DNA from: Polyangiaceae bacterium
Lineage (GTDB): Bacteria > Myxococcota_A > Polyangia > Polyangiales > Polyangiaceae
Direction: 5' to 3'
Length of the DNA stretch: 64,000 bases
Assembly (NCBI GenBank): GCA_044376115.1
Contig: JBILLK010000022.1
Location: forward strand, 96,001 to 160,000
Shown in pieces: positions 18,773 through 27,307 of the stretch (position 1 is the first letter of the stretch; each line of letters begins with the position of its first letter). Under the pieces are notes generated by a model. The model made no database searches. It had not been told where the DNA came from and saw only the letters and a program-made list of their open reading frames with translations. A program made the position numbers and the translations under genes.

Positions 18773-19750
18773 TCAGCTGTCTCCCAAGCGAGCACGGATC
18801 AACGCGTCCAAAGTCATCTTTCCCGGCTCGTTGCTGCGCGAGGACGGAGCTTCACTCGAGCTCGGCGACCGCGCGGATTCCACGTGTTGCGGCAGCGTGG
18901 GAGCGGCTCCGGCCAGCCACGTCTTCAATTGGTCGCGGAAGGCAGCGGCCGTTTGCAGCCTTTGCTCGACGTCTCGCTTCATCGCCCGCTCCAAGATCGC
19001 CCACAGCGCGTCGTCCAGTTGTGTAGGGAGCGTCGGACGTTTGATGGGCGCCCGCAGCACCTCGGCCATCACCGTCGGCGGATCTTCTCCTTCGAACAGC
19101 GTCTTGCCGGTCATCGTCTCGAGCATGGTCACCGCCACCGACCAAATATCTGCGCGGTGGTCGACGGTCTTTGCACGAACTTGCTCGGGCGCCATGTAGG
19201 CCGGCGTACCGATGATGCCGCCCACCTGGGTCAGACGGCCGCCGGTGTTGGCGGCGATGGCGATGCCGAAGTCGATCAACTTTGCGCGCTCACCGTCCAC
19301 CAGGATGTTGGACGGCTTGATGTCGCGGTGAACGATGCCTTGCGCGTGCACGAGCGAGAGCCCCTCCAAGATCGCGATGAAGAGCTCGACCGTGCGCCGC
19401 ACCGACAGCGCGCCCTTGGCCACGAGCGCGTCGAGCCCTTCGCCGCCCACGTGCTCCATCACCACGAAGGCCCCTAGCTCCGAGGAGTCCGCGACGTCGA
19501 ACACCTCGACCACCGCCGGATGCCGAATCGACGCGAGGATGCGCGCCTCGCGCACCAGCCGCTCGGTGAGCTCACCGCTGCGAGCGTCCACGAACTTGAT
19601 CGCCACCGAGCGCGCGAGCTTCCTATGGGTCGCGGCCCAAACCTCGCCCATACCGCCTTCACCCAAGGGCTCGGTCAGCAGGTAGCGATTGTCGATCAGC
19701 ATCCCCGGCGCCGCGCGCAGGCGTTTCTCTTCAGCCCCTTCGGCAACCAT
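18773..19750 (-). CDS. Cytoplasmic Ser/Thr protein kinase (Hanks type)
   Basis: LGEGGMGEV, VAIK, HRDIKPSN, DFG, GTPAYMAPE; no TM segment; start uncertain (19750/19777/19852). Confidence 0.92.
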   Translation of the reverse strand: MVAEGAEEKRLRAAPGMLIDNRYLLTEPLGEGGMGEVWAATHRKLARSVAIKFVDARSGELTERLVREARILASIRHPAVVEVFDVADSSELGAFVVMEHVGGEGLDALVAKGALSVRRTVELFIAILEGLSLVHAQGIVHRDIKPSNILVDGERAKLIDFGIAIAANTGGRLTQVGGIIGTPAYMAPEQVRAKTVDHRADIWSVAVTMLETMTGKTLFEGEDPPTVMAEVLRAPIKRPTLPTQLDDALWAILERAMKRDVEQRLQTAAAFRDQLKTWLAGAAPTLPQHVESARSPSSSEAPSSRSNEPGKMTLDALIRARLGDS

Positions 19751-19867
19751 GGTTGGGGTCCGGGTGTGGCCTAGCATGAGGCCAACATAGTACAAACCAT
19801 GAACACGCCAAGCCCAGCCTGGAACAAACTGTGTTCCAGCCGGGATGGCCATCTCGAAGGCGGTGCA

Positions 19868-20308
19868 CTAGAGCTTCGCGACGACAGCGACCATGTTCTT
19901 GCAGCTGTCGTGGCAGGCTTTGCAGGTCGCGTGTTTGTCGGCGTGCGGAGCGCATTGCGCCGCGCAGTCCTCGCACAGCTTGACCAGCGTCTTGGCGATC
20001 TCGACGGCCCGCTTGCTGCCTGACGAGGCGAGTTTGGCCAGCGCCTCCATCCCAGCCAGCATGTCGTGGGCCGCGGCGGCACACCCGGCCATCGAGGTAT
20101 CCCCGCTGCCGAGCAAGGCGATGCAATGCGCCAGACAGGCTTGACCGCGCTTCACGCACTCGAAGGCGGCCTCTTCCAGCGGGTTCGGCGCACCGTGGTG
20201 ATCGTGGTGCGCGTGGGCCTCATCGGCGCGCGCGGTGCTGCAGGCAGCGGCCCCCAGCGAAAGAGCGGCGAGCGAGGTAGCAGAGAACAGGGCGTCGCGA
20301 CGGTTCAT
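19868..20308 (-). CDS. Tat-exported four-helix-bundle copper storage protein (Csp1/DUF326 type)
   Basis: MNRRDALF Tat signal; HAHHDHH; CVKRGQACLAHC, CEDCAAQC, CKACHDSC. Confidence 0.88.
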   Translation of the reverse strand: MNRRDALFSATSLAALSLGAAACSTARADEAHAHHDHHGAPNPLEEAAFECVKRGQACLAHCIALLGSGDTSMAGCAAAAHDMLAGMEALAKLASSGSKRAVEIAKTLVKLCEDCAAQCAPHADKHATCKACHDSCKNMVAVVAKL

Positions 20309-20380
20309 GGGCGCTTGACTAGCGCCGGTCGTGCAAGGCGCCAATGCCCGCCGCAAGCACCAGGTTGCTGGTCTGCACCC

Positions 20381-20968
20381 TCAACACAACTGCCCGTCGA
20401 GTAACAGCGCCGGGTTGGGCCGAGCCAGCGCCTCTTCGATCAGACGCTTGTCGGCCTCTCCGAGCAACCACTCGCGGGCTGCGTCGGTCGGGATCAGCAC
20501 CGGCATGCGCCCGTGCAGCGAGACGAAGGGCCCGCGCGAGGCGCAGGTCAGCACCGAGACGCGACGTTGCCCATCGTGATCGTCCCAGATGCCGGCGAGC
20601 AACAAGCTGCCTTCGGCTGCAGCGACCTGATGGCGGACGCGGTTCTTTTCGCCTGCGAGCCCCTCGGCGACCTCGAAGCTGCGCACCGGGACCAGCGCCC
20701 GCCGACGTTTGGCGGCGTCACGGAAGCGCGTGCGCACGTTCTCGATTTGCGTGTTGAAGTAGAGACGCTTGTCGGCGCCGACCAGGCGCAGGCCCCACAC
20801 AGCGTCGGTGATTTCGACCTCTGCGCCCACGCCGATGAAGGCCGCCAACGGCGCACCCGGTTGCGTCGCGCGCTCGGGCGGCGGTGGAACCTTCACCGTG
20901 GGCCGCAGCACCTCCACCCACTCGCGCCAGGTCATGTCATCGGAACCGCTCACAGCTCGACCGCACAC
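20381..20968 (-). CDS. SOS response-associated peptidase (SRAP/YedK) family, divergent
   Basis: GTG at 20968 gives N-terminal MCGR; AVWGL, RRALVP, LAGIWD, HGRMPVLI. Confidence 0.8.
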   Translation of the reverse strand: MCGRAVSGSDDMTWREWVEVLRPTVKVPPPPERATQPGAPLAAFIGVGAEVEITDAVWGLRLVGADKRLYFNTQIENVRTRFRDAAKRRRALVPVRSFEVAEGLAGEKNRVRHQVAAAEGSLLLAGIWDDHDGQRRVSVLTCASRGPFVSLHGRMPVLIPTDAAREWLLGEADKRLIEEALARPNPALLLDGQLC

Positions 20969-21050
20969 GCGGCGCAGCCTAGCAGAAGGGCGCGCAGCCG
21001 ATGGACCACGAGGCGTCGCGAGGCCGGCCCATGCTCGCCTACAATGCGCC

Positions 21051-22103
21051 TTGCCCGCCGCACGCCTCTTGTGCACCCTGCCTCTTTCGCCCTTCTGGAA
21101 GACCCAACGCAAGCTCGCCGTCGCGCAAGCCGACGAGCTGGGCCTCGAGCCGAGCGAGCTGCTCGCGGTCTCCGGCGTCACCTTCGAACCGGGCGGCAAA
21201 CACGCGCTCGTGACCTTCGCGCTGACGCGGGAAGTCTTGCGGGTGGAACTCGGCTCGGAGCCGCGCTTTACGCTGCAACCGCTGGACGTGGAATCGCCGC
21301 TCGGCGAGGGCTTTTTGGGCACCAGTTGGGTTCGCGCGCGCCCCACCGCAACGAGCGACCTGGTGGTGGTGGAGGACGCGCATCTCGGCGGCGGCGGCAT
21401 GGACGCATGCTCGGCGGTGGGGCTCGTCAAGCTGACCACCCGCGAGCGCGTGCTGAGTCTGCGCGACAGCGAGTTCGGTGAAGGCGTCGTGGCCTTCGCG
21501 CTCTCGCCCAACCGACGTTGGCTCGCAGCTTCCTACCTGCTTTCCAAGCCCAGCCAAATCGAGCTGCGTTTGTACGACGCGACGAGCGGCGAAATCGTGC
21601 GAAGCCAACGCCTGGAGGGGGAGCCGTATCGCGGCCAGCTCGCGGTCGCTGTCGACGACGATGCAACCTCCATCGCCTTCGCCGACGAACGGTCGGTGCG
21701 CTTGGTCGAGCTCGAGAGCGGTCGCTCAACCTTGTACATCGAGCAGAAGATGGTCCGCGCGCTCGCGCTCACGAGCTCCACCTTGGTGGTCGAGGCAGTA
21801 GGCGGCGCGCAGCTCTACGACCGCTCGGGCGGCGCACAGCGCAGCCCGCTCGAGCGCCTGAGCGGCCACACGCTGATCGCCACGCAAGGCGAAGAAGCAG
21901 CCTTTTTCCAGCGTTCGCGCGGTGGTTACTCGCTTGGCCGCGTAGCGCTCGAGAGCGCCAGCGTCGAACTCAAAACCTACAAGGCCGCACTCGGTCCCGC
22001 CTCGAAAGAGGGCGCTGATTGGCTGGTCGCACACGACCTACAAAGCGGTCGCACAGCGTCGGTGTCGCGCAAGGGCCTACTGGTCTTTGAGCCAACTGAC
22101 TGA
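21051..22103 (+). CDS. Beta-propeller (WD40-like) hypothetical protein
   Basis: Blade-like GVTFEPGGKHALV, AFALSPNRRWLAAS, LRLYDATSGE; start uncertain. Confidence 0.55.
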   Translation: MPAARLLCTLPLSPFWKTQRKLAVAQADELGLEPSELLAVSGVTFEPGGKHALVTFALTREVLRVELGSEPRFTLQPLDVESPLGEGFLGTSWVRARPTATSDLVVVEDAHLGGGGMDACSAVGLVKLTTRERVLSLRDSEFGEGVVAFALSPNRRWLAASYLLSKPSQIELRLYDATSGEIVRSQRLEGEPYRGQLAVAVDDDATSIAFADERSVRLVELESGRSTLYIEQKMVRALALTSSTLVVEAVGGAQLYDRSGGAQRSPLERLSGHTLIATQGEEAAFFQRSRGGYSLGRVALESASVELKTYKAALGPASKEGADWLVAHDLQSGRTASVSRKGLLVFEPTD

Positions 22104-22175
22104 GCAACGCGCGTCGTCACCGCCAGCAGCGCTTGGTTCCCAACCACGCCGCGATCGGATAACCCCAAGGGGCGC

Positions 22176-22658
22176 ATGGACTATCTGAGCCCGGATCAAG
22201 TGGTCGACTTCGTCGAAGGGACCGTCATCTTCGTCGACCGCAGTCAGCCTCCACCGAGCGTGGTCAGCACGCTCGAGGCGCGCGTACAGGGCTTTGCGCG
22301 GACCCAGCAGCAGCCGCTCGCCTACCTGCACGTGGTGCTCGACGTCCCGACCACCGGGCGGCTCAACGAGGAGTCGCGCACCGCCATGATCGCGGCCGGG
22401 CGGCGTCACATGGAGTTGTTCGACCGTGCAGCGATGGTGCTCATCACGCAAGGCTTCATGGGCGCCGCCATGCGAGCGATGTTCTCGGGCGCCTTGATGG
22501 CCCTGCGCACCAAGGTGCCGTTCAAGGTCTTCAGCGCCGAGCGAGAGGCCATCGAGTGGCTGTGCTCAGCTCAACTGGGCGGCGGCCGACCGCGCGATGC
22601 GGCCAAAGTGATGAGCGCCGTCGCGGCGATCACCGCCGCCTTGCAGCCGCCGCGCTAG
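22176..22658 (+). CDS. STAS/SEC14-like small protein
   Basis: RBS AAGGGG; AMVLITQGFMGAAMRA and PFKVFSAEREAIEWL. Confidence 0.6.
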   Translation: MDYLSPDQVVDFVEGTVIFVDRSQPPPSVVSTLEARVQGFARTQQQPLAYLHVVLDVPTTGRLNEESRTAMIAAGRRHMELFDRAAMVLITQGFMGAAMRAMFSGALMALRTKVPFKVFSAEREAIEWLCSAQLGGGRPRDAAKVMSAVAAITAALQPPR

Positions 22659-22713
22659 TTCTCGCGGCCCGCGCAGCCCTTCTAGCGCCCACCGAAGTCG
22701 ATCTTGCGTGCGA

Positions 22714-22881
22714 GATCCGCGTTTGGGCTTCGAAGATCCACGTTTGGGCTTCGAAGATCCACGTTTGGGCTTCGAAGATCGACGTTTGGGCTTCGAAGAT
22801 CCACGTTTGGGCTTCGAAGATCGACGTTTGGGCTTCGAAGATCGCCCTCCGACCGCGCAAGATCGCCCTCCGACCGCGCGA
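22714..22881. repeat. 21-bp tandem array: 6x GATC(C/G)(A/G)CGTTTGGGCTTCGAA followed by 2x GATCGCCCTCCGACCGCGC(A/G)A
   Basis: Units start at 22714, 22735, 22756, 22777, 22798, 22819, 22840, 22861; no spacers. Confidence 0.95.
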
Positions 22882-22883
22882 GG

Positions 22884-22994
22884 TCAGGGGGATCGGCCTG
22901 CGAATTGGACGTTTTGTTGAGTTTGACCGCCTATCGCCAGGGGATGGGCGCCCCATTTCAACAAAACGACCACTTCGAGCGCCCATCCCCCTGA
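22884..22994. repeat. Imperfect 37-bp inverted repeat with a 37-bp loop
   Basis: 22884-22920 matches the reverse complement of 22958-22994 at 31/37 positions. Confidence 0.85.
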
Positions 22995-23109
22995 ACCACC
23001 GCGGCGACGCTCGCCCGGCAGGCGCCGAGTCCCAGCCCGGGCTCGGATTTAAGTGGGTCTTAAGTCGAGCAGACCAGCGCGCTGAGGCATGGTTGCGCTT
23101 GGAGTTCTT

Positions 23110-24309
23110 ATGCGTAAAACATCGTCTTTCTTCGCCTGTGCATCGTCTTTCTTTTTGTGCTTCGCAGCGGCCTGCGCCAACGTCGTGATCGACGAGCAGG
23201 AGGCAACCGGCGGCTCGAACGAGGGCGGCTCGAACGAGGGCGGCTCGAACGGGGTAGCCAGCTCGAGCAGCGGAGCTGGAGCCGGCGGCAATCCTGGGTT
23301 TCCACCGCAGAGCTGCCTCGGGGGCGAGGCCGCCATCGTCTCGGCCTGGTCCGACGACGGAACGGTGATCGCCACGCAGGTGGAAGAGGAATGGCGGCTC
23401 AACAAACCGGGCGGCCAGGCCGTGCCGCTGAGCTTCATCAACGGCTACGACGGCTCACTCGCGACGCTGCTCAGCGATGAATCGGGCACCGTTTACACCC
23501 TCACTTCCGACGGCCTCACCTTCAACGAGTATCCGCAAAACGGTTGGCAGCCCGAGCCGTACGCCGAGCGCTTCACGGCCGGAGGGATCGCCCTCGTGGG
23601 CCAGGTCAACGGGCTCACGCAGATCGGCTACTTCGATGCCGACGCCTTCGACTACTCGACGTACCACCCGTCGTTCGCGCTGCAAACGAGCTCGGCCGTG
23701 TGGGAGGAGGAGCGCTTCAGCGTGCGGGTCGCCGGCACCGTCAATGAAGCGCTTTGCACCGTGTTGGCGAATTCGTCGGAGCTCGGCCCGGTCCAATGCA
23801 CCGGCCAGCCGGTGCAGCTCACGCTGAACGGCGAGATCGGCCTGAGCGGCCCACAGCTCGCCCACGCCGCGGGGACGACGGTGGCCTTCTATTTCAAGCC
23901 GGAGTCGTCCTTCGTGTTGGCAGCGACGCAGCTCAACGCGGAGGGCGCCGCCCTTTCGGTGGAGACGATCGAAGTGGAGGGCCTGCTACTCAGCGCTGCG
24001 CCCACCGCCGACGGCAACTTCATCGTAGCGATCGCCTCCGGCAGCGGGCTCTACGCCGTGCGCTACTCAACGCAGACCGGCTTCGGTGAACGCTTCTTGG
24101 TGGACGCCGATGCGCCGGTCATCGCGCCCTCGGTCGCGCGCGGCATCTGCGGGGACGATGCGCTGATCGCCTACTCCACCGGCGCGCCCAGCCCCGAGCT
24201 CCGCATCGCGCGCATCCGCGGGACCCAGGTCGAACGCGACACGATCGCCGAGGGACCGCAAACGGGCTTCGGCAACGTCAGCCTGGCCACCCGCGACGCG
24301 GCGTTCTGA
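23110..24309 (+). CDS. Lipoprotein with GGSNE linker and beta-rich body
   Basis: GGAG RBS; FAAAC lipobox; GGSNEGGSNEGGSN. Confidence 0.65.
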   Translation: MRKTSSFFACASSFFLCFAAACANVVIDEQEATGGSNEGGSNEGGSNGVASSSSGAGAGGNPGFPPQSCLGGEAAIVSAWSDDGTVIATQVEEEWRLNKPGGQAVPLSFINGYDGSLATLLSDESGTVYTLTSDGLTFNEYPQNGWQPEPYAERFTAGGIALVGQVNGLTQIGYFDADAFDYSTYHPSFALQTSSAVWEEERFSVRVAGTVNEALCTVLANSSELGPVQCTGQPVQLTLNGEIGLSGPQLAHAAGTTVAFYFKPESSFVLAATQLNAEGAALSVETIEVEGLLLSAAPTADGNFIVAIASGSGLYAVRYSTQTGFGERFLVDADAPVIAPSVARGICGDDALIAYSTGAPSPELRIARIRGTQVERDTIAEGPQTGFGNVSLATRDAAF

Positions 24310-24366
24310 AGCTCGCGGCGAGCCGCGTGGGTTGCGGATTCGGATTCGCGCGGTACCCTCGCGCGC

Positions 24367-24975
24367 ATGACCAAGCCCAAGTTGACCTACTTCGATATGC
24401 CTGTGAGCCGCGGTGAAGAGTGCCGGCTCGCGCTCCACGTCGCCGGCGTGGAGTTCGAGGATGAGCGCCTCGACCGCGCCGCATGGATGGCCCGCAAACC
24501 GCATACGCCGTACGGCTCGCTGCCCACGCTCGAGCTGCCCGGCGGCGTGGTGCTCGCCCAGTCGAACGCCATCCTCGTGTACATCGGTCGGCGTTGGGAC
24601 CTGCACCCCAAGGACGATCTCGAGGCCGCACGCCACGAGGCGATGCTCTGCCACGTGGAGGATCTGCGCGGGCAAGCCGGGCCGGTCATCCGCATCCAGG
24701 GCGACGCCGAGAAGAAGGCCGCGCGGGCTCAGCTCGTGGAGACGACGCTGCCCGCTTGGGCGACGCAAGCGGAGAAGAACATCACCGGCGCGCCGTTCTT
24801 CGGCGGGGAGAAGCTCAACGTCGTGGACCTCAAGCTGTACATGGCGGTCAAGTGGTTCGCCGGCGGCAACGTGGATCACGTCCCGGCCGACGTCTTCTCG
24901 CGCTTCGAGAAGCTGAACAAGCTGTACGAGACCGTGCGCGACGACGCGCGCATCAAGGCCTGGTACGCGCGCTGA
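24367..24975 (+). CDS. Glutathione S-transferase
   Basis: KLTYFD..RGEECRLAL, TPYGSLPTL, QSNAILVYIGR, FFGGEKLNVVDL. Confidence 0.93.
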   Translation: MTKPKLTYFDMPVSRGEECRLALHVAGVEFEDERLDRAAWMARKPHTPYGSLPTLELPGGVVLAQSNAILVYIGRRWDLHPKDDLEAARHEAMLCHVEDLRGQAGPVIRIQGDAEKKAARAQLVETTLPAWATQAEKNITGAPFFGGEKLNVVDLKLYMAVKWFAGGNVDHVPADVFSRFEKLNKLYETVRDDARIKAWYAR

Positions 24976-24989
24976 CCTCCGTTGCCGGG

Positions 24990-25604
24990 TCAGAGGCCTA
25001 CCGATAGGACCTCGAACATGCCGAGCACGCTGGTCGCATCACCAGGTTCGATCTCGAGTACGAACACGCTCGGCATGTGTGCGTGATGCGTCACTTTGGC
25101 GAACACGTCGCTGTCACAGCCGACGAGCTGGGTGGTAGCGGCGATCTCGATGCCTGCCCGCAACACCCGCGCGCTCGGTGCATTGACGTAAGCGCCGAAC
25201 GTTGTGTGCTCGCTGACCGTGGAAAACGCGACGTAAACCGGCCCCGTAGCTGGAACAGCGATGTCGTAGACGACACCGGGCTCGAGCACACTGGCGGCCG
25301 CCTCCTCGAGGGTGGCGAAGCCGGTCGTAGGCAGCGCCGGAACCTCGAGCTTCGCGCAGAGCTCCGGATCCGGCATGGGTTCCGCACCACCGCTGCCGCC
25401 GCTTCCACCTGCACCGCCAGTTCCTCCGCTACCGCTCTCAGCACCGCCTGAACCGCCCGCACTCATTCCGCCGGTCGTGGCACCGGCCTCACCGCCTGTG
25501 CCACCCCCGCCAGCACCTGTGCTGGTTGTGTCCTCCGCAGGACAGCCCAGGAGCGAGTGCGTGAGCACCATCCCGACAAACGAAGCCCAACGTGCGCGCG
25601 CCAT
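24990..25604 (-). CDS. Hypothetical lipoprotein with Gly linker and His/Met motif, divergent from the MNIO cluster
   Basis: SLLGC lipobox; Gly-rich linker; SEHTT and VTHHAHMP; start uncertain. Confidence 0.6.
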   Translation of the reverse strand: MARARWASFVGMVLTHSLLGCPAEDTTSTGAGGGGTGGEAGATTGGMSAGGSGGAESGSGGTGGAGGSGGSGGAEPMPDPELCAKLEVPALPTTGFATLEEAAASVLEPGVVYDIAVPATGPVYVAFSTVSEHTTFGAYVNAPSARVLRAGIEIAATTQLVGCDSDVFAKVTHHAHMPSVFVLEIEPGDATSVLGMFEVLSVGL

Positions 25605-25694
25605 CGCGAGCAGACTACTCGATGAAGGCGCGACTGTGCCGCGTGCGACAACGTGTCGCACGCCGCCCCTAAGCGAGCTTGCTATCAGGGGACC

Positions 25695-26468
25695 ATGACC
25701 ACTGCTTCACGTTCCCCGATGCAATCGGCCTTGCTCTTCGCGGCGACAGCTGGCCTCGCGCTTGGCGCAGCTCATTGTGGTGACAACGACTCCACGTCGA
25801 CGAAGGGCTGCCCCGAAGGAGGCTCCACCTCCAACGCCGGAGCGGGTGGCACAGGGGCTGGCGGAGCCAGTGCGGGGGGCGCGGGAGGGACCGGCGGGGA
25901 AGCAGGAGGCAAGACCGTCATTTCCTCAGTGGAAGACAAGACCGTACGGTTCGCGACCTTCAAGGCCGACTGCGAAGAGCGCGGCGGCTACGTCCAGACG
26001 CATGCGGTCTGCTCGGGCAACAACGCCTGCAAGGGTGTGTCCTTCAACAAGTACGACTTTTACCTGACCGAGCACACCTGCAGCGCGATGAACACTTGCG
26101 GCGGCATGAGCTGCGTCGTGCTCCCCGAGGACGCCGGGCGCACGCCCGAGGAGATCTACGAGACGTCGTGCGCGGGCTGTCACGGACTCGCCGAAAATGG
26201 CTTCGTGCTCTATATGCCGCCGGGGACGGACCTCGTTCAGGCGCTCGCGGACGTCCAGACCAAGGACCGTGAGTTCATCCACTCGGCGGTCGCCTTCGGG
26301 ATCTCGTCTCGCAGCAGCAACGGCGTAGCCGCCGCGAACATGCCTGCATTGCACAAGGAGCTTTCGCGCGCCGAGATCGAGCGGGTTACCGAGTACGCCT
26401 TGGAGCTGCCGATGACCGCGGAGGAGTACGGGATCCTCGGCGTGAATGAAGAGGTCACGCCCGAGTGA
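25695..26468 (+). CDS. Lipoprotein with BufA2-like CxxxNxCxG motifs fused to a class I cytochrome c (putative MNIO substrate)
   Basis: GAAHC lipobox; CSGNNACKG and CSAMNTCGG; heme motif CAGCH; NMP distal Met; stop overlaps the DUF692 start. Confidence 0.8.
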   Translation: MTTASRSPMQSALLFAATAGLALGAAHCGDNDSTSTKGCPEGGSTSNAGAGGTGAGGASAGGAGGTGGEAGGKTVISSVEDKTVRFATFKADCEERGGYVQTHAVCSGNNACKGVSFNKYDFYLTEHTCSAMNTCGGMSCVVLPEDAGRTPEEIYETSCAGCHGLAENGFVLYMPPGTDLVQALADVQTKDREFIHSAVAFGISSRSSNGVAAANMPALHKELSRAEIERVTEYALELPMTAEEYGILGVNEEVTPE

Positions 26469-27307
26469 AGCTCCCGGACGGAGCCGTCGGTATTGGGCTA
26501 CGTCCGCCGCACTATCGCGCACTGGCCGAGGGCGAAGCCCGCCTCGAGGACGCTCCGGCGGGACAAGGCACGGTCGACTACGTCGAGGTCATCGCCGACA
26601 ACTTCATGAACGGTGCGGCGGCGCCTTTGTACTGGCTGGATCGGGTCCGCGAGCGAACGCCCATCGTCGTGCACAGCCTTGCGCTCAACGTCCTCGGAGC
26701 CGATGCACTCGACGAAGAGTACCTCGTGCGGCTCGAGGCGCTGTGCGCACGAGTCAACGCGCCGTTCGTCTCGGATCACCTGTGCTGGTCGAGCTCGCGC
26801 GGCGCGCATTTTCACGATCTCCTGCCGACGCCCTACACGGAGGAGGTCGCCGACTACGCTGCTTCGCGGGTGCGAGCCATCCAATCGCGGCTCGCTCGCC
26901 CGTTCGGACTCGAGAACCTCTCCAGCTATGCGCGGTTTGCGAGCTCAACGCTCACGGAGTGGGGCTTCTACACGCGCGTGGTCGCGGACTCCGATGCCTG
27001 GTTCATGCTCGACATCAACAACGTGTACGTATCCGCCAACAACCACGGCTTCGACGCGACGACCTACCTCCAGGCGATACCGAAGGACCGCGTGCTCCAG
27101 ATCCATTTGGCTGGCCATGAAGAGCTGCCGAACGGCGCCCTGTTGGACACCCACGACCAGCCGGTGAAGGCTGCGGTTTGGGAGCTCTATCGCGGGTTCG
27201 TTGCCGCCCGCGGTTCGGCGCCTCCGACGCTGATTGAGCGCGACGACCGCATCCCAGCGCTGGCAGAACTTGTCGCAGAGACCGCGCGAGCCAAGCAGTC
27301 CTTGTGA
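26465..27307 (+). CDS. MNIO (DUF692) multinuclear non-heme iron oxidative enzyme, BufB/MbnB-like
   Basis: GIGLRPPHY, EVIADNF, VSDHLCW, LENLSSY, LDINNVYV, IHLAGH, DTH, LIERD. Confidence 0.93.
   Translation: MKLPDGAVGIGLRPPHYRALAEGEARLEDAPAGQGTVDYVEVIADNFMNGAAAPLYWLDRVRERTPIVVHSLALNVLGADALDEEYLVRLEALCARVNAPFVSDHLCWSSSRGAHFHDLLPTPYTEEVADYAASRVRAIQSRLARPFGLENLSSYARFASSTLTEWGFYTRVVADSDAWFMLDINNVYVSANNHGFDATTYLQAIPKDRVLQIHLAGHEELPNGALLDTHDQPVKAAVWELYRGFVAARGSAPPTLIERDDRIPALAELVAETARAKQSL

Noticed and set aside
20969..21511. N-terminal extension of ORF 20381..21511
   Set aside because: Antisense to the propeller gene; SRAP needs the N-terminal MCGR at 20968
22714..22881. Possible CRISPR array
   Set aside because: Units are head-to-tail with no unique spacers, and no cas genes are in the window
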